DNA from: a virus | Lineage: Duplodnaviria > Heunggongvirae > Uroviricota > Caudoviricetes | IMG/VR virus record: IMGVR_UViG_3300045049_000270 | Strand: one strand, 5' to 3' | Length of the DNA: 64,000 nt | In this document: piece by piece, positions 1 through 10,261 of the stretch | Position numbering within the stretch: the stretch's first letter is position 1 | How the letters are laid out: each line of letters starts with the position of its first letter | The notes under the pieces: generated by a model | Told to the model about the DNA's origin: nothing | The model's database searches: none | What the model saw: only the letters and a program-made list of their open reading frames with translations | Program-made: the position numbers and the translations under genes

Positions 1-2
1 AA

Positions 3-413
3 TATGCCAGAAAGACGATTGCATATGGTGACTTCAATCGGAAAGCCAATTCAAGTACTGATTTATACGTGATGCTATATGCATTGCGATCAGCTTCTGG
101 TTTTAAGGACCGAGTTGATTCTACCAAGTATTTGAATAAATTGAAGTTAGATTGGTATAATGTAACTGTGTTTTTGCAGGACATTAGTCGTCGTATTCCT
201 CGTAATCACCGATCATTTTTACTTAATTTGGACAGTGGTTTGAACATCAATGATTCTTCCTTGAAAGCCATTCGCCGAACTGTTATGGATTGGGAGCAGC
301 TTCCTGAACAGGATATGCGTCTGGCGCTTGCCAGATTAACCCAGAAGCTGAGATCTTTGGCTCCTAAGAGCGAGATACTACCGCATCTGGAAGCGTTGGT
401 AAGCGCCGTATAG
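3..413 (+). CDS. hypothetical protein, 5'-truncated by window edge
   Basis: frame open from base 3 (YARKTIAYGDF...) to TAG 413; lies in late/structural cluster. Confidence 0.75.
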   Translation, partial: YARKTIAYGDFNRKANSSTDLYVMLYALRSASGFKDRVDSTKYLNKLKLDWYNVTVFLQDISRRIPRNHRSFLLNLDSGLNINDSSLKAIRRTVMDWEQLPEQDMRLALARLTQKLRSLAPKSEILPHLEALVSAV

Positions 414-436
414 TAAATATTAGAAAGGAGTTTGCC

Positions 437-634
437 ATGCGATATTCAGAAATCATTAGAGAAAATGCCAGTTCTGGTGCTAGTTCGTCGGCTAATGTGG
501 CAACCGCTAATAAACCATTTTTCTCATCTGATCCACAAGAAACTGCTGCTCGTAGCATTTACGGTGTTCAGTCATCGGTAAAGACTGAGAAGAAAAAGGA
601 TAAAAAGCCGGTTGTAATTCGTCGAAATGACTAA
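437..634 (+). CDS. small hypothetical protein, probably virion head-associated
   Basis: TAAATA at ~414 and AGGAG RBS; N-terminus MRYSEIIRE. Confidence 0.65.
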   Translation: MRYSEIIRENASSGASSSANVATANKPFFSSDPQETAARSIYGVQSSVKTEKKKDKKPVVIRRND

Positions 635-682
635 CTTTGCTAAATAAGATTAGAAACCCTTTCTTTTAAGGAAAAGATTATC

Positions 683-1108
683 ATGATTACATCCCCAAAT
701 AAGAACGCAGCCGCAGGCTTGTCATTGGGCTCAAAGCTCGATTTCTTCACAATCGAAACAACAGTTGACTTGGTTTCAGGTTCAGCAGCAGCTCAATCAG
801 CACTGAACGTTCTGATCGAAACAATCAGTACAAACGGCCAGCCAGTTATTTCAGCTCTGTCATCAGGTGCTGCATCAGCAAGTTCAGGTTTGTCAGGTAC
901 AACTTCAACACTGAAGTTTGCTGTTGAGCACACAGGTGCTTGGTCAACCGCAACATTGTTGACCGCTATTGAAGCAATTTCTGTTGCTGAACAAGTTGAA
1001 ACAGAAAACTCAAGCGGTGCTTTGACAGGTACAACACTGAACCCAGCAGCTAATGTTGTTTCACCATTCACTGGTTCAAACACAGTTGTTACACAAAACA
1101 CACTGTAA
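683..1108 (+). CDS. putative virion structural protein (Ser/Thr/Ala-rich)
   Basis: TAAATA at ~641, AAGGA RBS, biased codon usage, followed by terminator. Confidence 0.65.
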   Translation: MITSPNKNAAAGLSLGSKLDFFTIETTVDLVSGSAAAQSALNVLIETISTNGQPVISALSSGAASASSGLSGTTSTLKFAVEHTGAWSTATLLTAIEAISVAEQVETENSSGALTGTTLNPAANVVSPFTGSNTVVTQNTL

Positions 1109-1145
1109 TTTGAAAACCGAGTGAATCGGTAATCAAGTAGATATT

Positions 1146-1177
1146 GAAAAGGCTCGTGAAAACGAGCCTTTTCTTTT
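1146..1177 (+). terminator. intrinsic terminator
   Basis: GAAAAGGCTCG-tgaaaa-CGAGCCTTTTC then T-run. Confidence 0.85.
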
Positions 1178-1215
1178 GTCTGCTAAATAATTAAAGACGT
1201 TTACTTAGGACGAAT

Positions 1216-2532
1216 ATGGATGGAAATTTTCTTGATGATCTAAGCAGAATTATTGGAAAGGTTCCTGGTGATATTCAGGATCTTATTGGTGAGATGTCAC
1301 TGGATGATGTCTATACCTTGATGAACTTAGTTCATCAAGGTAGTGATGACAAGGTCAAAGATTTGTTGTCTCCGATGTTACAGAAGGATGGTACATTGGA
1401 TAAGCAACCTACACCGGAGAAGACTGGTAAATATACATCTGAACAGATGGAAGAAATTAGTCGCCAAGGTTTGATGATGCAAGTGAAAGATTCGAATATA
1501 TTTGAATCTGTGCTTGACGAACTAGATGAAAAAAATATTAGTTACCAACTATGTCCTGGTAATAGAATAATTGTTCGTTGTAACACCAACGAACAATTAG
1601 AAAACCTTCATGTCATCAGCCGCCAGGTTGGTGATATGATTAAAGCTAAAAAAATTAAAGAGCAAACGATGGATAAGCCAAAGAAGTTTGACAAGAAGAG
1701 TAATAAGATTCAAATTCCTGCGTCCAAGCCACGTGACACAATGGCGCAGCATATGGCTCTGGGTCAAGCAGCGGGGGCGTATCGCCCAAAGTCAACACCA
1801 AGTAGAAAAGAAGTTTTGGCACGTAAGGCCGAAAAACATAAGGGTCGTTCCTTCAACGAGGGTTTCGACCCTATTTCTTTCTGGACCAATGGTGGTGACG
1901 CATTCACGGTTGTTCTTGAAGGTTACGGCGATTCAGTGACATTTGATGGTCAGTCATTGAATACTGATAATCAGACTTGGGTAAAAATCCAAGAATCACT
2001 TGAAGCCGAAGGTTTCCTTTCCGGCGTAGATTATGGTGTTACAGAAATGAAGAAATCACAAGTAAAAGAAGGCGTGATGGGTATGACTGCGCTCCCAGGT
2101 TTGCGCCGCATGATGGAGTTGGCTGGTATGCCAACTGGTGAAATTGAACAAGTGGCCGCCGACTCAGCAATACCAGCTGCTACTGATGAAGTACCTCCAG
2201 CACTCCCAGCACCAGATGCTGATAATATGGCTGGCGATGATATGGAAATGGATGCTGATCCTTTGACTATCGATCATATCGAAGATGGTGGTATGGACAT
2301 GAATGACGCTGCGATGGGAGATGAATTTGATGCTGGTATTGATGCTGGTATGGGTTCAGACCTTGGTGTAGTAGCGGCGAGTCCTGCATTCACATTGATC
2401 GATGATGCATTGAATAGTATTCAACAGAATTTGCCAGATGTCAAGATCAGCGAATACAAGACATTGATTCAACGTCTTGAAGATCTGCAAGTGCAATTGC
2501 AGCAAATTGGTAAGAGCTATCTGGGCGACTAA
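1216..2532 (+). CDS. acidic putative prohead core/scaffold-like protein
   Basis: 438 aa, acidic low-complexity tract, LRRMMELAG motif, TAAATA at ~1184. Confidence 0.55.
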   Translation: MDGNFLDDLSRIIGKVPGDIQDLIGEMSLDDVYTLMNLVHQGSDDKVKDLLSPMLQKDGTLDKQPTPEKTGKYTSEQMEEISRQGLMMQVKDSNIFESVLDELDEKNISYQLCPGNRIIVRCNTNEQLENLHVISRQVGDMIKAKKIKEQTMDKPKKFDKKSNKIQIPASKPRDTMAQHMALGQAAGAYRPKSTPSRKEVLARKAEKHKGRSFNEGFDPISFWTNGGDAFTVVLEGYGDSVTFDGQSLNTDNQTWVKIQESLEAEGFLSGVDYGVTEMKKSQVKEGVMGMTALPGLRRMMELAGMPTGEIEQVAADSAIPAATDEVPPALPAPDADNMAGDDMEMDADPLTIDHIEDGGMDMNDAAMGDEFDAGIDAGMGSDLGVVAASPAFTLIDDALNSIQQNLPDVKISEYKTLIQRLEDLQVQLQQIGKSYLGD

Positions 2533-2762
2533 TGCGCTATTTTGAAATAGCTGGTGGTTTTCGTATGCCAGTAAATTCTGAAGAACAAGATCTCCTCACT
2601 CTGTTGAAAGAGAGTGAGGAATTCGTTTCTGAAGATGAATTGGATGAGCGCCAGCAAGAATTAGCTAGATTGATGTTGTCTCGTGGTCTATTAAATAGAC
2701 TTCAAAAAGATGGCAAAATATACTACGAACCTAATGGTTTGCCAGACATTTGGAGAATATAA
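2532..2762 (+). CDS. hypothetical protein
   Basis: ORF coupled to upstream stop; MRYFEI N-terminus. Confidence 0.7.
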   Translation: MRYFEIAGGFRMPVNSEEQDLLTLLKESEEFVSEDELDERQQELARLMLSRGLLNRLQKDGKIYYEPNGLPDIWRI

Positions 2763-3424
2763 TGGGTCCAGTTGATAAGAAAGACGTAGATGATATGAAG
2801 CGTCTTATGGATATTATGAATAGCGGAAATATTGCTGATGAACCACAAAATATCCATGAAGCGTATTCACAGCCACGTAGTACTGTTTCGCCGCCTGCAA
2901 TTGCGTCACACCCAGGTACGGCTGGTATGAAGGAAATTCTTCAGCGCTTCTATGAAAGTACACAAGAATCGGTTGAGCGTGTAGTAACGACTAAGGCTGA
3001 ACAAAGTCCCCTTCTTAAAGAAGCGCTTGAAACAAAGCGGACATCATCTGGGGTCCAAGTTGGCTCATGGGAAATTCGTGTAAACGAGGGTAGTTCAGGC
3101 GATAAGACGTATGATGTGGTTAACATTCATACTGATGAACCTATTGCTCATGATCTCAGTTTGTACGAAAGTGCTCTATCACTTACCAAATTGCTTAATC
3201 GCAATGCTGGTATTAACAATCCAAAAGTTCGTGAAGTTTTGGAATTAGAAGAAAATTTTACTCGTCATCGAACCGATGCTGCCCAATTCAAGCGTAAGAT
3301 GACACGCATGCTTAAAGAAGGTGACGATTTTCGTGCCAATGTGGCAGAAGATCGTTATGAACAATGTAAACAAGCTGCTATTGCTTTGCGTTCACGATTG
3401 ATTTCAATCTGCAAAAATCTATAA
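2762..3424 (+). CDS. hypothetical protein
   Basis: GGAG RBS before ATG 2762; 220 aa. Confidence 0.75.
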   Translation: MGPVDKKDVDDMKRLMDIMNSGNIADEPQNIHEAYSQPRSTVSPPAIASHPGTAGMKEILQRFYESTQESVERVVTTKAEQSPLLKEALETKRTSSGVQVGSWEIRVNEGSSGDKTYDVVNIHTDEPIAHDLSLYESALSLTKLLNRNAGINNPKVREVLELEENFTRHRTDAAQFKRKMTRMLKEGDDFRANVAEDRYEQCKQAAIALRSRLISICKNL

Positions 3425-3482
3425 GAACCCAGCAGAATGTCATACAGATAAATAAAGTAATAAGTTATTGCATGGTATCAGT

Positions 3483-3767
3483 ATGAATGTTTCTGATTTT
3501 AAACAGCGGACTCATGAAAAACTCGAGCAATTTAATCGATTACTCGAGCAACTTTATGGGCTCAAGATTGACTGGGATGCTTCTGAAGATCATCTCCGTT
3601 TCGTGTATAACCATTACATGGATCGTAAAAAGATGTTCTTGAAGGAAAATTCCTATTCTTCCGCTGATGCTGAAATGGGTAAAATTGTATTGATTACCGA
3701 AGCTATTCGCGTTTACCTCAGAGAAATAGCGCCTAGCCGCAAAAAGAAATCCCGGAGATCTAAATGA
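3483..3767 (+). CDS. hypothetical protein
   Basis: ORF after TAAATA at ~3450. Confidence 0.65.
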   Translation: MNVSDFKQRTHEKLEQFNRLLEQLYGLKIDWDASEDHLRFVYNHYMDRKKMFLKENSYSSADAEMGKIVLITEAIRVYLREIAPSRKKKSRRSK

Positions 3768-4690
3768 CAAAGAAAATCACATTGAGCGAAAGCTTGATTA
3801 GTCTGATGGAAGACGAAATGGACCGCGCTGAGCTAGTGCTTGCCGCAAAGGCCATCCTTGACAAGCTTCAAAATATGGCTGAAGATCTAGCAAAGGTAGA
3901 AGCTGATGACGTATTGCCATTGTTAGACGGCATCCGTTCACAATTTGGTCCACAATTTGCTGATCAATTGAACAGTGCTGCTACTGAATCTCTGCGTAGT
4001 GCGCTTGAAGCTGTTAAGACAGCAAAAGATCAAATTGGTCAATCTATCCAGAACATGCAAGGTGTAGTTACTGGAGAAGGCTCAAATGATATGGCCACAA
4101 ATACTGGTACTGACGCTGAGATGCAACCTGAACCAGCCCAACCACCAGGTAGTGCTGGTGTAGAAGGAGTGCCAGCAGAAGGTGGTGACCAAGAAGGCGC
4201 GGACGACTTGGCAAACGAGATTGATGATCTGCTTGGCGGTGAAGAAGAAAATGTTGATCAAGGTCCAGAAGGTCGTACAAAGAAAGAATCAGTTTATCCA
4301 TCAGGAGCTATCGTTAACGAGGCTCAGCGCTTCCTGAGTGAACAAGATAATCCAGAAGAGTTTTTGGCTAAGGCCACATTGTCATTCGTGCGCGCAAAGA
4401 AGGTTTCAATTGCTGAATCGGCTCGTCGTCATGCTGAATATTTTGGTATTGATATTGAAGATGTGGTAGCCGCCGTTCGCGAATATGTTGAAGCCATCAA
4501 GATGGACAAACTCTTGGCTGAAAATGCCAAGCTTTGGGCAAAGCAAGCTCTGACATTAGCTCTAGCTATGAAGGAAGGTAAAGCTGTCGATGCTGCTAGT
4601 TACTTGACAGCAGATCGTATAAATGCAGCCAATGCATTGGCTTCAGGTAAGATTACTGAATCACAGTGCATCAAGCTTGCAAAGATTTAA
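3764..4690 (+). CDS. putative prohead core protein (helical, acidic linker)
   Basis: 308 aa; GGAG RBS; helical N-half and E/G-rich linker; structural cluster. Confidence 0.55.
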   Translation: MTKKITLSESLISLMEDEMDRAELVLAAKAILDKLQNMAEDLAKVEADDVLPLLDGIRSQFGPQFADQLNSAATESLRSALEAVKTAKDQIGQSIQNMQGVVTGEGSNDMATNTGTDAEMQPEPAQPPGSAGVEGVPAEGGDQEGADDLANEIDDLLGGEEENVDQGPEGRTKKESVYPSGAIVNEAQRFLSEQDNPEEFLAKATLSFVRAKKVSIAESARRHAEYFGIDIEDVVAAVREYVEAIKMDKLLAENAKLWAKQALTLALAMKEGKAVDAASYLTADRINAANALASGKITESQCIKLAKI

Positions 4691-4691
4691 G

Positions 4692-5054
4692 ATGCGTTAT
4701 TACGAAATATTCGAAGGCTTAAATTCAGACAGCATTATGAACCAAGTCCGTAGTGCTGTTGTTGACATTCTTACTCCATTGGCATCCAACGGTGTACAGT
4801 TTGTGACTGTACAGCAAATTCTTGACGAATTGAAAAACTCCGGCACTGGTGTTGACATTGATCGTTCAATGTTGATGCAAATTTTAGATCCTGACCAAGT
4901 AAAACTCGTTTCTAGCATCGAAGGCGACCGCATCGAACTAAGTAATGGCGACAACAGCCCAGAACGTTCTGTACCGAAACAACAAAAACAACGCGACGAA
5001 GAAAAGATTAAAAATACAGCAGCGCAACAAGCTAAGAAAAACATCGGTGATTGA
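4692..5054 (+). CDS. hypothetical protein
   Basis: ATG right after upstream stop; MRYYEIFE N-terminus. Confidence 0.7.
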   Translation: MRYYEIFEGLNSDSIMNQVRSAVVDILTPLASNGVQFVTVQQILDELKNSGTGVDIDRSMLMQILDPDQVKLVSSIEGDRIELSNGDNSPERSVPKQQKQRDEEKIKNTAAQQAKKNIGD

Positions 5055-5196
5055 TATAACCGTCAGCCACTCCTAGTGATAATGGCTGTCTTGGCAAACT
5101 AAAATTCGCGAAGTTAAATATTGGTGGTAGAAAGAAATTCTTTCTATCACCTTTTTATATTTGGCAATTAGTTGACTCTTTAATATAATTCATTAC

Positions 5197-5877
5197 ATGA
5201 CTATTCTAAATAAGCTGTACCCATATTTTACCATGGATCGCGAAACTATTCCATCTGGAGAACGCGTCTATATCACACCAGGTGGCCCCCTACCAAGCGT
5301 TACGACTATCCTCAGCGGCACTGCTGATAAAAGTGGCCTAGACGCTTGGCGACAGTATGTAGGGGAAGCCAAAGCTAATCAGATACGCGATGAAGCAACA
5401 GGTTTAGGTACCCTGATGCACGAACATTTGGAATGCCATATTCAACAGATTGACCGCCCTCGTGGTAGTAATTTAGTTCGACAAATGGCAAGAAATATGG
5501 CAGACACGATTATCAATCGTGGATTAGTTCATGTTGATGAAGTATGGGGATTTGAAATACCATTGTATTACCCAGGTCAATATGCTGGAACGGCAGACTT
5601 AATTGGGACATGGAATGGAGCTCCATGTATAATGGACTATAAAACCACAAATAAAATGAAAACAAAGGATATGATTACTGACTATTTCTGTCAGGGGGTG
5701 GCTTATGCTAAAGCACACAATTATCTTTTTGGAACTGATATTTCAACAGTTGTTATTTTCATGGTCAGTCGAGACCTAAAATTTGAAGAATTTGTTGTAG
5801 AGGGTGATGAGTTTCATCGCTATATGGCTGAATGGGAAGAACGAGTTAGCAAATTCCACGACGCGGCGCGGCAATAG
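5197..5877 (+). CDS. PD-(D/E)XK-family exonuclease (Cas4/MGME1-like)
   Basis: PSVTTIL, GT.MH, AGTADL, IMDYKT, Q..AY motifs. Confidence 0.85.
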   Translation: MTILNKLYPYFTMDRETIPSGERVYITPGGPLPSVTTILSGTADKSGLDAWRQYVGEAKANQIRDEATGLGTLMHEHLECHIQQIDRPRGSNLVRQMARNMADTIINRGLVHVDEVWGFEIPLYYPGQYAGTADLIGTWNGAPCIMDYKTTNKMKTKDMITDYFCQGVAYAKAHNYLFGTDISTVVIFMVSRDLKFEEFVVEGDEFHRYMAEWEERVSKFHDAARQ

Positions 5878-6193
5878 CATATTCTTCAACTTGAGTATCT
5901 GAGAGAAGTCTTAGTGTTGATTCTATTGGGATCAGTGCTAAGACTTCATGTGCGAATGATGATGCTAGTTCAGTAGCCAGCGTTATTTCACCCAAAGCAT
6001 CAAAAAGAATTCTTTGAGCCAGATGTATACAGCCTAATGTGTACAATCCCCACATAAACGGTAGTTCTGTGGGGGTGGGCTCAAGCACATATATTTCGTC
6101 CACTTTTCCGGTATTACTCAATACCAACACTTTACAGTGTGCTTCTGCACCTAAGACGTAATCTTTAGTGTGAAGTACATACATCTTTTTCAC
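5846..6193 (-). CDS. hypothetical protein
   Basis: 115-aa ORF filling the gap on the opposite strand. Confidence 0.5.
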   Translation of the reverse strand: MKKMYVLHTKDYVLGAEAHCKVLVLSNTGKVDEIYVLEPTPTELPFMWGLYTLGCIHLAQRILFDALGEITLATELASSFAHEVLALIPIESTLRLLSDTQVEEYAIAAPRRGIC

Positions 6194-6309
6194 AATTTAT
6201 AATTCCAAATATCTGATGTTCATCAATCCGAAGCCATACTTTAACAGCACAAGCATATATCAGCAACTATCCGTAGGTGCTAAATAAGTGAATAACAGGG
6301 TAGTTAATT

Positions 6310-6972
6310 ATGTCAACAACACCGATAACAATCACTGGAAAAATGCTCGCTCGTTCGGGTCTCGCAGTAGAATTGCCGGGTCAACCATTGGTGAACACAT
6401 CAGCAATACCGCCTGGTCTAGATCCGGGTGAACTAGGTTTTGCCAAGGATACCGGTGAATTATTCATTGGTTCAGATCCCAACTATCAACTGTTTGACCT
6501 CAACCGTCAATCGCAATTCCCATATTCAAACATTCGAGTATTGACGGAAACTGCTTCGTCAGTTTCCTTCATCAAGGATGTTGTATATCAAACTCAAACG
6601 CAATTCAGCAATATCATGTTACCAGCTAATTCTTCGGGCCCAACAGGCACAACAGATTTGGTATGGAATACTGCACAAATAAATGTGGCCGAAGTAAGAT
6701 ATATGCTATGTTTTCAAAATGTCCCCACAGTTATTAGAAAAGGTACATTATCAATTGCAATGAATCAAAGTGAAGCTACAGTAGTAGATAATCGTGTCGA
6801 TGTGGGCATGGCATATTTTAACTACACTGATCCAATTGCATATGAAAATTTTTCAGTCTTCGAAGTAGCTATGCAGGTAAATGCAGGTGTTGCAACACTG
6901 ACATATACGAATAATACTAATGTCAATGCAAGACTATTTTACTCAGTTGTAACTTTTAACGCTCAGTACTAA
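6310..6972 (+). CDS. putative virion structural protein
   Basis: TAAATA at ~6281; GELGFAKDTGELFIG motif typical of phage fibre/baseplate N-terminal domains. Confidence 0.6.
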   Translation: MSTTPITITGKMLARSGLAVELPGQPLVNTSAIPPGLDPGELGFAKDTGELFIGSDPNYQLFDLNRQSQFPYSNIRVLTETASSVSFIKDVVYQTQTQFSNIMLPANSSGPTGTTDLVWNTAQINVAEVRYMLCFQNVPTVIRKGTLSIAMNQSEATVVDNRVDVGMAYFNYTDPIAYENFSVFEVAMQVNAGVATLTYTNNTNVNARLFYSVVTFNAQY

Positions 6973-6973
6973 A

Positions 6974-7423
6974 ATGAATCCATTCATGTTAGAGCCGTCT
7001 GAACGGCTCAACGAGTGGACAACCTTTCGTGATGGGTTGCCTTCACTCCCAGAATCAGAACAACTTGAAAAAGTATGCCGTTGGTGGGGCCTTGCTCCGC
7101 TTAATAAACGCAGTCTAGATCCATTTGAACCCAAATCGTGGATGACCGTTTGGGAAATGTTGTATTCCGGTGATTTATGCCAAAATTCTTTGGCGGTTGC
7201 TATGGAAGCAACGTTGCGTCTTTCAGGTTGGGATCCTAAGCGACTATCATTGCAATATGTTTATTCTACGGAAGAGAATGCAGAGTTTCTTGTCGTTAAA
7301 ATTGACGATGAGTATCTGTTAAATTATAGTTACGCCACACCTACATTAATATCTGCGGCAAAAGATGACCTGGATATTAAGTTTGAATATCAGTATTCGG
7401 GAAGAAGCTATAAGGCTAAATAG
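6974..7423 (+). CDS. hypothetical protein
   Basis: 149-aa ORF. Confidence 0.75.
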   Translation: MNPFMLEPSERLNEWTTFRDGLPSLPESEQLEKVCRWWGLAPLNKRSLDPFEPKSWMTVWEMLYSGDLCQNSLAVAMEATLRLSGWDPKRLSLQYVYSTEENAEFLVVKIDDEYLLNYSYATPTLISAAKDDLDIKFEYQYSGRSYKAK

Positions 7424-7453
7424 AATTCCCTCCACTAAAGAATAATAAGAAAA

Positions 7454-9907
7454 ATGCAACAAAAGGTTCTAAAACGAAATGGTGAATATGAAGAAGTAAA
7501 ACTTGAAAAGATCGTTAACTCGATTCAACGAGTTTGTACAGGTCTTGGAGAGTTAGACTTTCTTAAAATCGCTATTAAAACTGTTGGAGGCCTGTATGAT
7601 GGCGTACCAACACGAGAATTGGATCTGCTCAGTATCCAAACTGCATTGGGTTTCATGGTTGAAGAACCAGCATACGGGAAGGTTGCTTCTCGTTTGATGG
7701 CAAACTTCATTGACAAAGAAGTTACTGGCCAGGAAATCCACAGCTTCAGCCAGAGTATTCAAATTGGCTATGATAACGGACTGATCGGCGAAGCTACTTA
7801 CAAGCTTGTTATGGATAACAAGCGTAAGTTGAATGCGGCAGTAAAAGCCGAACGTGATGGGGCTTTCGAATATTTCGGTATCAAGACTGTTTATGATCGT
7901 TATTTGCTGAAGCACCCAACGTCACGTCTGGTAACAGAAACTCCTCAATATTTTTTCATGCGTGTGGCTTGTGGTTTGTCAAATACAGCAGCTGAAGCAA
8001 TTGAATTCTACAATTTGCTGTCATCGCATGATTACATGACATCAACACCAACGTTGTTCAATTCAGGAACACGTCACAGCCAGATGTCGTCATGCTATTT
8101 GCTAGATTCACCAATAGATGATCTAGGTGATATCTACAAGCGTTACGGAGATGTAGCAAAACTATCAAAGTTTGCTGGTGGTGTTGGTCAATCATATTCA
8201 CGTGTCCGTTCAAGCGGTTCCTTGATTAAAGGTACTAACGGAAAGTCAAATGGTATCGTACCTTGGCTTCATACGTTGAGTGGTTCTGTTGGTGCAGTTA
8301 ATCAAGGTGGTAAGCGTAAAGGTGCTCTTGCTGCGTATTTGGATGCTCATCACCCAGACCTCATGGAATTCCTTGAATTGCGTGACAATGCTGGTGAAAA
8401 AGAAAAGCGCGCCTACAACCTTAATTTGGCTAACTGGATCCCAGACATTTTCATGCGTCGTGTTAAGGCAGATGAAATATGGTCGATGTTTGATCCAGCA
8501 ATCGCCCCAGAACTGAATGATATGTTCGGTGATGAGTACGAAGCGCGTTATCTGGAGCTTGAAGCAGCAGGTAAGGCAACGTTGCAATTGCCGGCTCGTA
8601 AGATCTTTGCACGTATGATGAAGACTCTGGCTGAAACTGGTAATGGTTGGATGAACTTCCGTGACGCAGCAAACCGTAAATGTAATACTGCGGTGAATGG
8701 GTATGTTGTTCACTTGTCAAACTTGTGTACAGAAATTCTTGAGCCAACCAGTGCAGGTAAGGAAGTCATTATCAAGCGTGAAGACTTTGTGAATATGTCA
8801 GCATATGACCTTATCGAAAAGAACATTAACGTCATTGGGTCCGATGAGAATGGCGACCTGAAAGCAATTCAAGGTTCTGAGGTTGCTGTATGTAATTTGG
8901 GTTCAATCAACGCTGGCAATCACGTTAAGAATGGTAAGCTTGACACCGCTAAATTGCATAAGAACGTTGACATCGCAGTACGCTTCTTGGACCGAGTTAT
9001 TGATCGTAATTTCTATCCAATTCATGAAGCTAAAGCATCAAACAATCACTGGCGTCCAGTTGGATTAGGTTTGATGGGTTTACAAGATCTGTTTTACAAA
9101 TTGCGTCTACCGTTCGAAAGTGATGAAGCAGTAGCATTGTCAGCTCAGATCCAAGAAGAGATTTATTATCAAGCATTGAAGACAAGTTGTGAGCTGGCAA
9201 AACAATTTGGTCCACATCGTGATTTCCACTTAACTCATGCGGCACAAGGCCGACTGCAATTTGATCTATGGGGTATTACACCAAAGGATCTTGCTCGTTG
9301 GGACGCATTGAAAGAAGAAATCAAGAAACATGGTCTACGTAATAGTTTGTTGATTGCTATTGCTCCTACAGCCACAATTGCTTCAATTACTGGCGCACAA
9401 GAATGCATCGAACCAACGAAAGAAAATCTATTCAAGCGTGAAACACTCAGTGGTGAATTCGTTGATGTTAATCGTTATATGGTTGAAGATCTCAAGAAAT
9501 TGGGTCGTTGGAATTCCGAAACTATCAATCTTTTGAAGACTAGCCAAGGTTCGTTGTCTGCTGTTCCTGGTTTACCAGTTGAATTGTATGCTTTGTATAA
9601 GACAGTATGGGAAATCAAGCAGAAGAAGCTTATTGAACATGCTGCCGCTCGTGGGCCTTGGATTGATCAAAGCCAGTCATTGAACTTGTTCTTGGATTTG
9701 AACAAGATTCCAGAAGACAAGCGTATTGCTACGTTGTCAGCAATGTATATGATGATTTGGGAATCTGGTCTGAAGACTAGCTATTATCTTCGCGGTAAGC
9801 CAGCCACAAAGATTGCCAAGACAACTGTTACACAAACAGTGGTTGAGCAAGATAAGGGTGGTGATGCTAATCCCCCAGAGCCAGAGGTGTGTGAGTCGTG
9901 TCAGTGA
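7454..9907 (+). CDS. nrdA: ribonucleotide reductase class Ia alpha subunit with ATP-cone
   Basis: KRNG ATP-cone, TPTLFNSG, SSCYL, SNLCTEI, CNLGS, APTAT, DQSQS, C-terminal CESC. Confidence 0.97.
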   Translation: MQQKVLKRNGEYEEVKLEKIVNSIQRVCTGLGELDFLKIAIKTVGGLYDGVPTRELDLLSIQTALGFMVEEPAYGKVASRLMANFIDKEVTGQEIHSFSQSIQIGYDNGLIGEATYKLVMDNKRKLNAAVKAERDGAFEYFGIKTVYDRYLLKHPTSRLVTETPQYFFMRVACGLSNTAAEAIEFYNLLSSHDYMTSTPTLFNSGTRHSQMSSCYLLDSPIDDLGDIYKRYGDVAKLSKFAGGVGQSYSRVRSSGSLIKGTNGKSNGIVPWLHTLSGSVGAVNQGGKRKGALAAYLDAHHPDLMEFLELRDNAGEKEKRAYNLNLANWIPDIFMRRVKADEIWSMFDPAIAPELNDMFGDEYEARYLELEAAGKATLQLPARKIFARMMKTLAETGNGWMNFRDAANRKCNTAVNGYVVHLSNLCTEILEPTSAGKEVIIKREDFVNMSAYDLIEKNINVIGSDENGDLKAIQGSEVAVCNLGSINAGNHVKNGKLDTAKLHKNVDIAVRFLDRVIDRNFYPIHEAKASNNHWRPVGLGLMGLQDLFYKLRLPFESDEAVALSAQIQEEIYYQALKTSCELAKQFGPHRDFHLTHAAQGRLQFDLWGITPKDLARWDALKEEIKKHGLRNSLLIAIAPTATIASITGAQECIEPTKENLFKRETLSGEFVDVNRYMVEDLKKLGRWNSETINLLKTSQGSLSAVPGLPVELYALYKTVWEIKQKKLIEHAAARGPWIDQSQSLNLFLDLNKIPEDKRIATLSAMYMMIWESGLKTSYYLRGKPATKIAKTTVTQTVVEQDKGGDANPPEPEVCESCQ

Positions 9908-9985
9908 CCACTGTCAATAATATTTTGACGCCATAAATAATAAGCCCAACAATAGATGTTGGGCTTATTCATAAGGAAGAAGAAA

Positions 9986-10261
9986 ATGGACACAATTTTA
10001 TCATTCTTTAGTGGTGATCTATTGTCAATGAAGACACTAGTCATTATGTTGGTTGGTATGTTTATTGGTTGGAACATTCCACAACCTGCATGGGCGAAGG
10101 CTTTGTGGGTAAAAATCACAAAGAAAGCGCCAGCTGTGCAAGTTGCTGCTGATGCTGCGGTTTCAGCAGAGCAAACAGTTGCTGAGACAGTTAGTTCAGT
10201 CGTTGATGCAGCCACAACCACCACACCTGCTGCTCCAGCCGCACCTGCTCAAGGTCAGTAA
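9986..10261 (+). CDS. small membrane protein
   Basis: hydrophobic segment then GWNIPQP; Ala/Thr-rich tail. Confidence 0.6.
   Translation: MDTILSFFSGDLLSMKTLVIMLVGMFIGWNIPQPAWAKALWVKITKKAPAVQVAADAAVSAEQTVAETVSSVVDAATTTTPAAPAAPAQGQ

Noticed and set aside
5197-5877. Cas4 of a CRISPR system
   Set aside because: No Fe-S cysteine cluster, other cas genes or array; typical stand-alone phage exonuclease.
7525-9536. Many short alternative-frame and antisense ORFs within nrdA (likewise in clpX, topoisomerase and guaC)
   Set aside because: Fully nested in well-supported genes, with no RBS or motifs.
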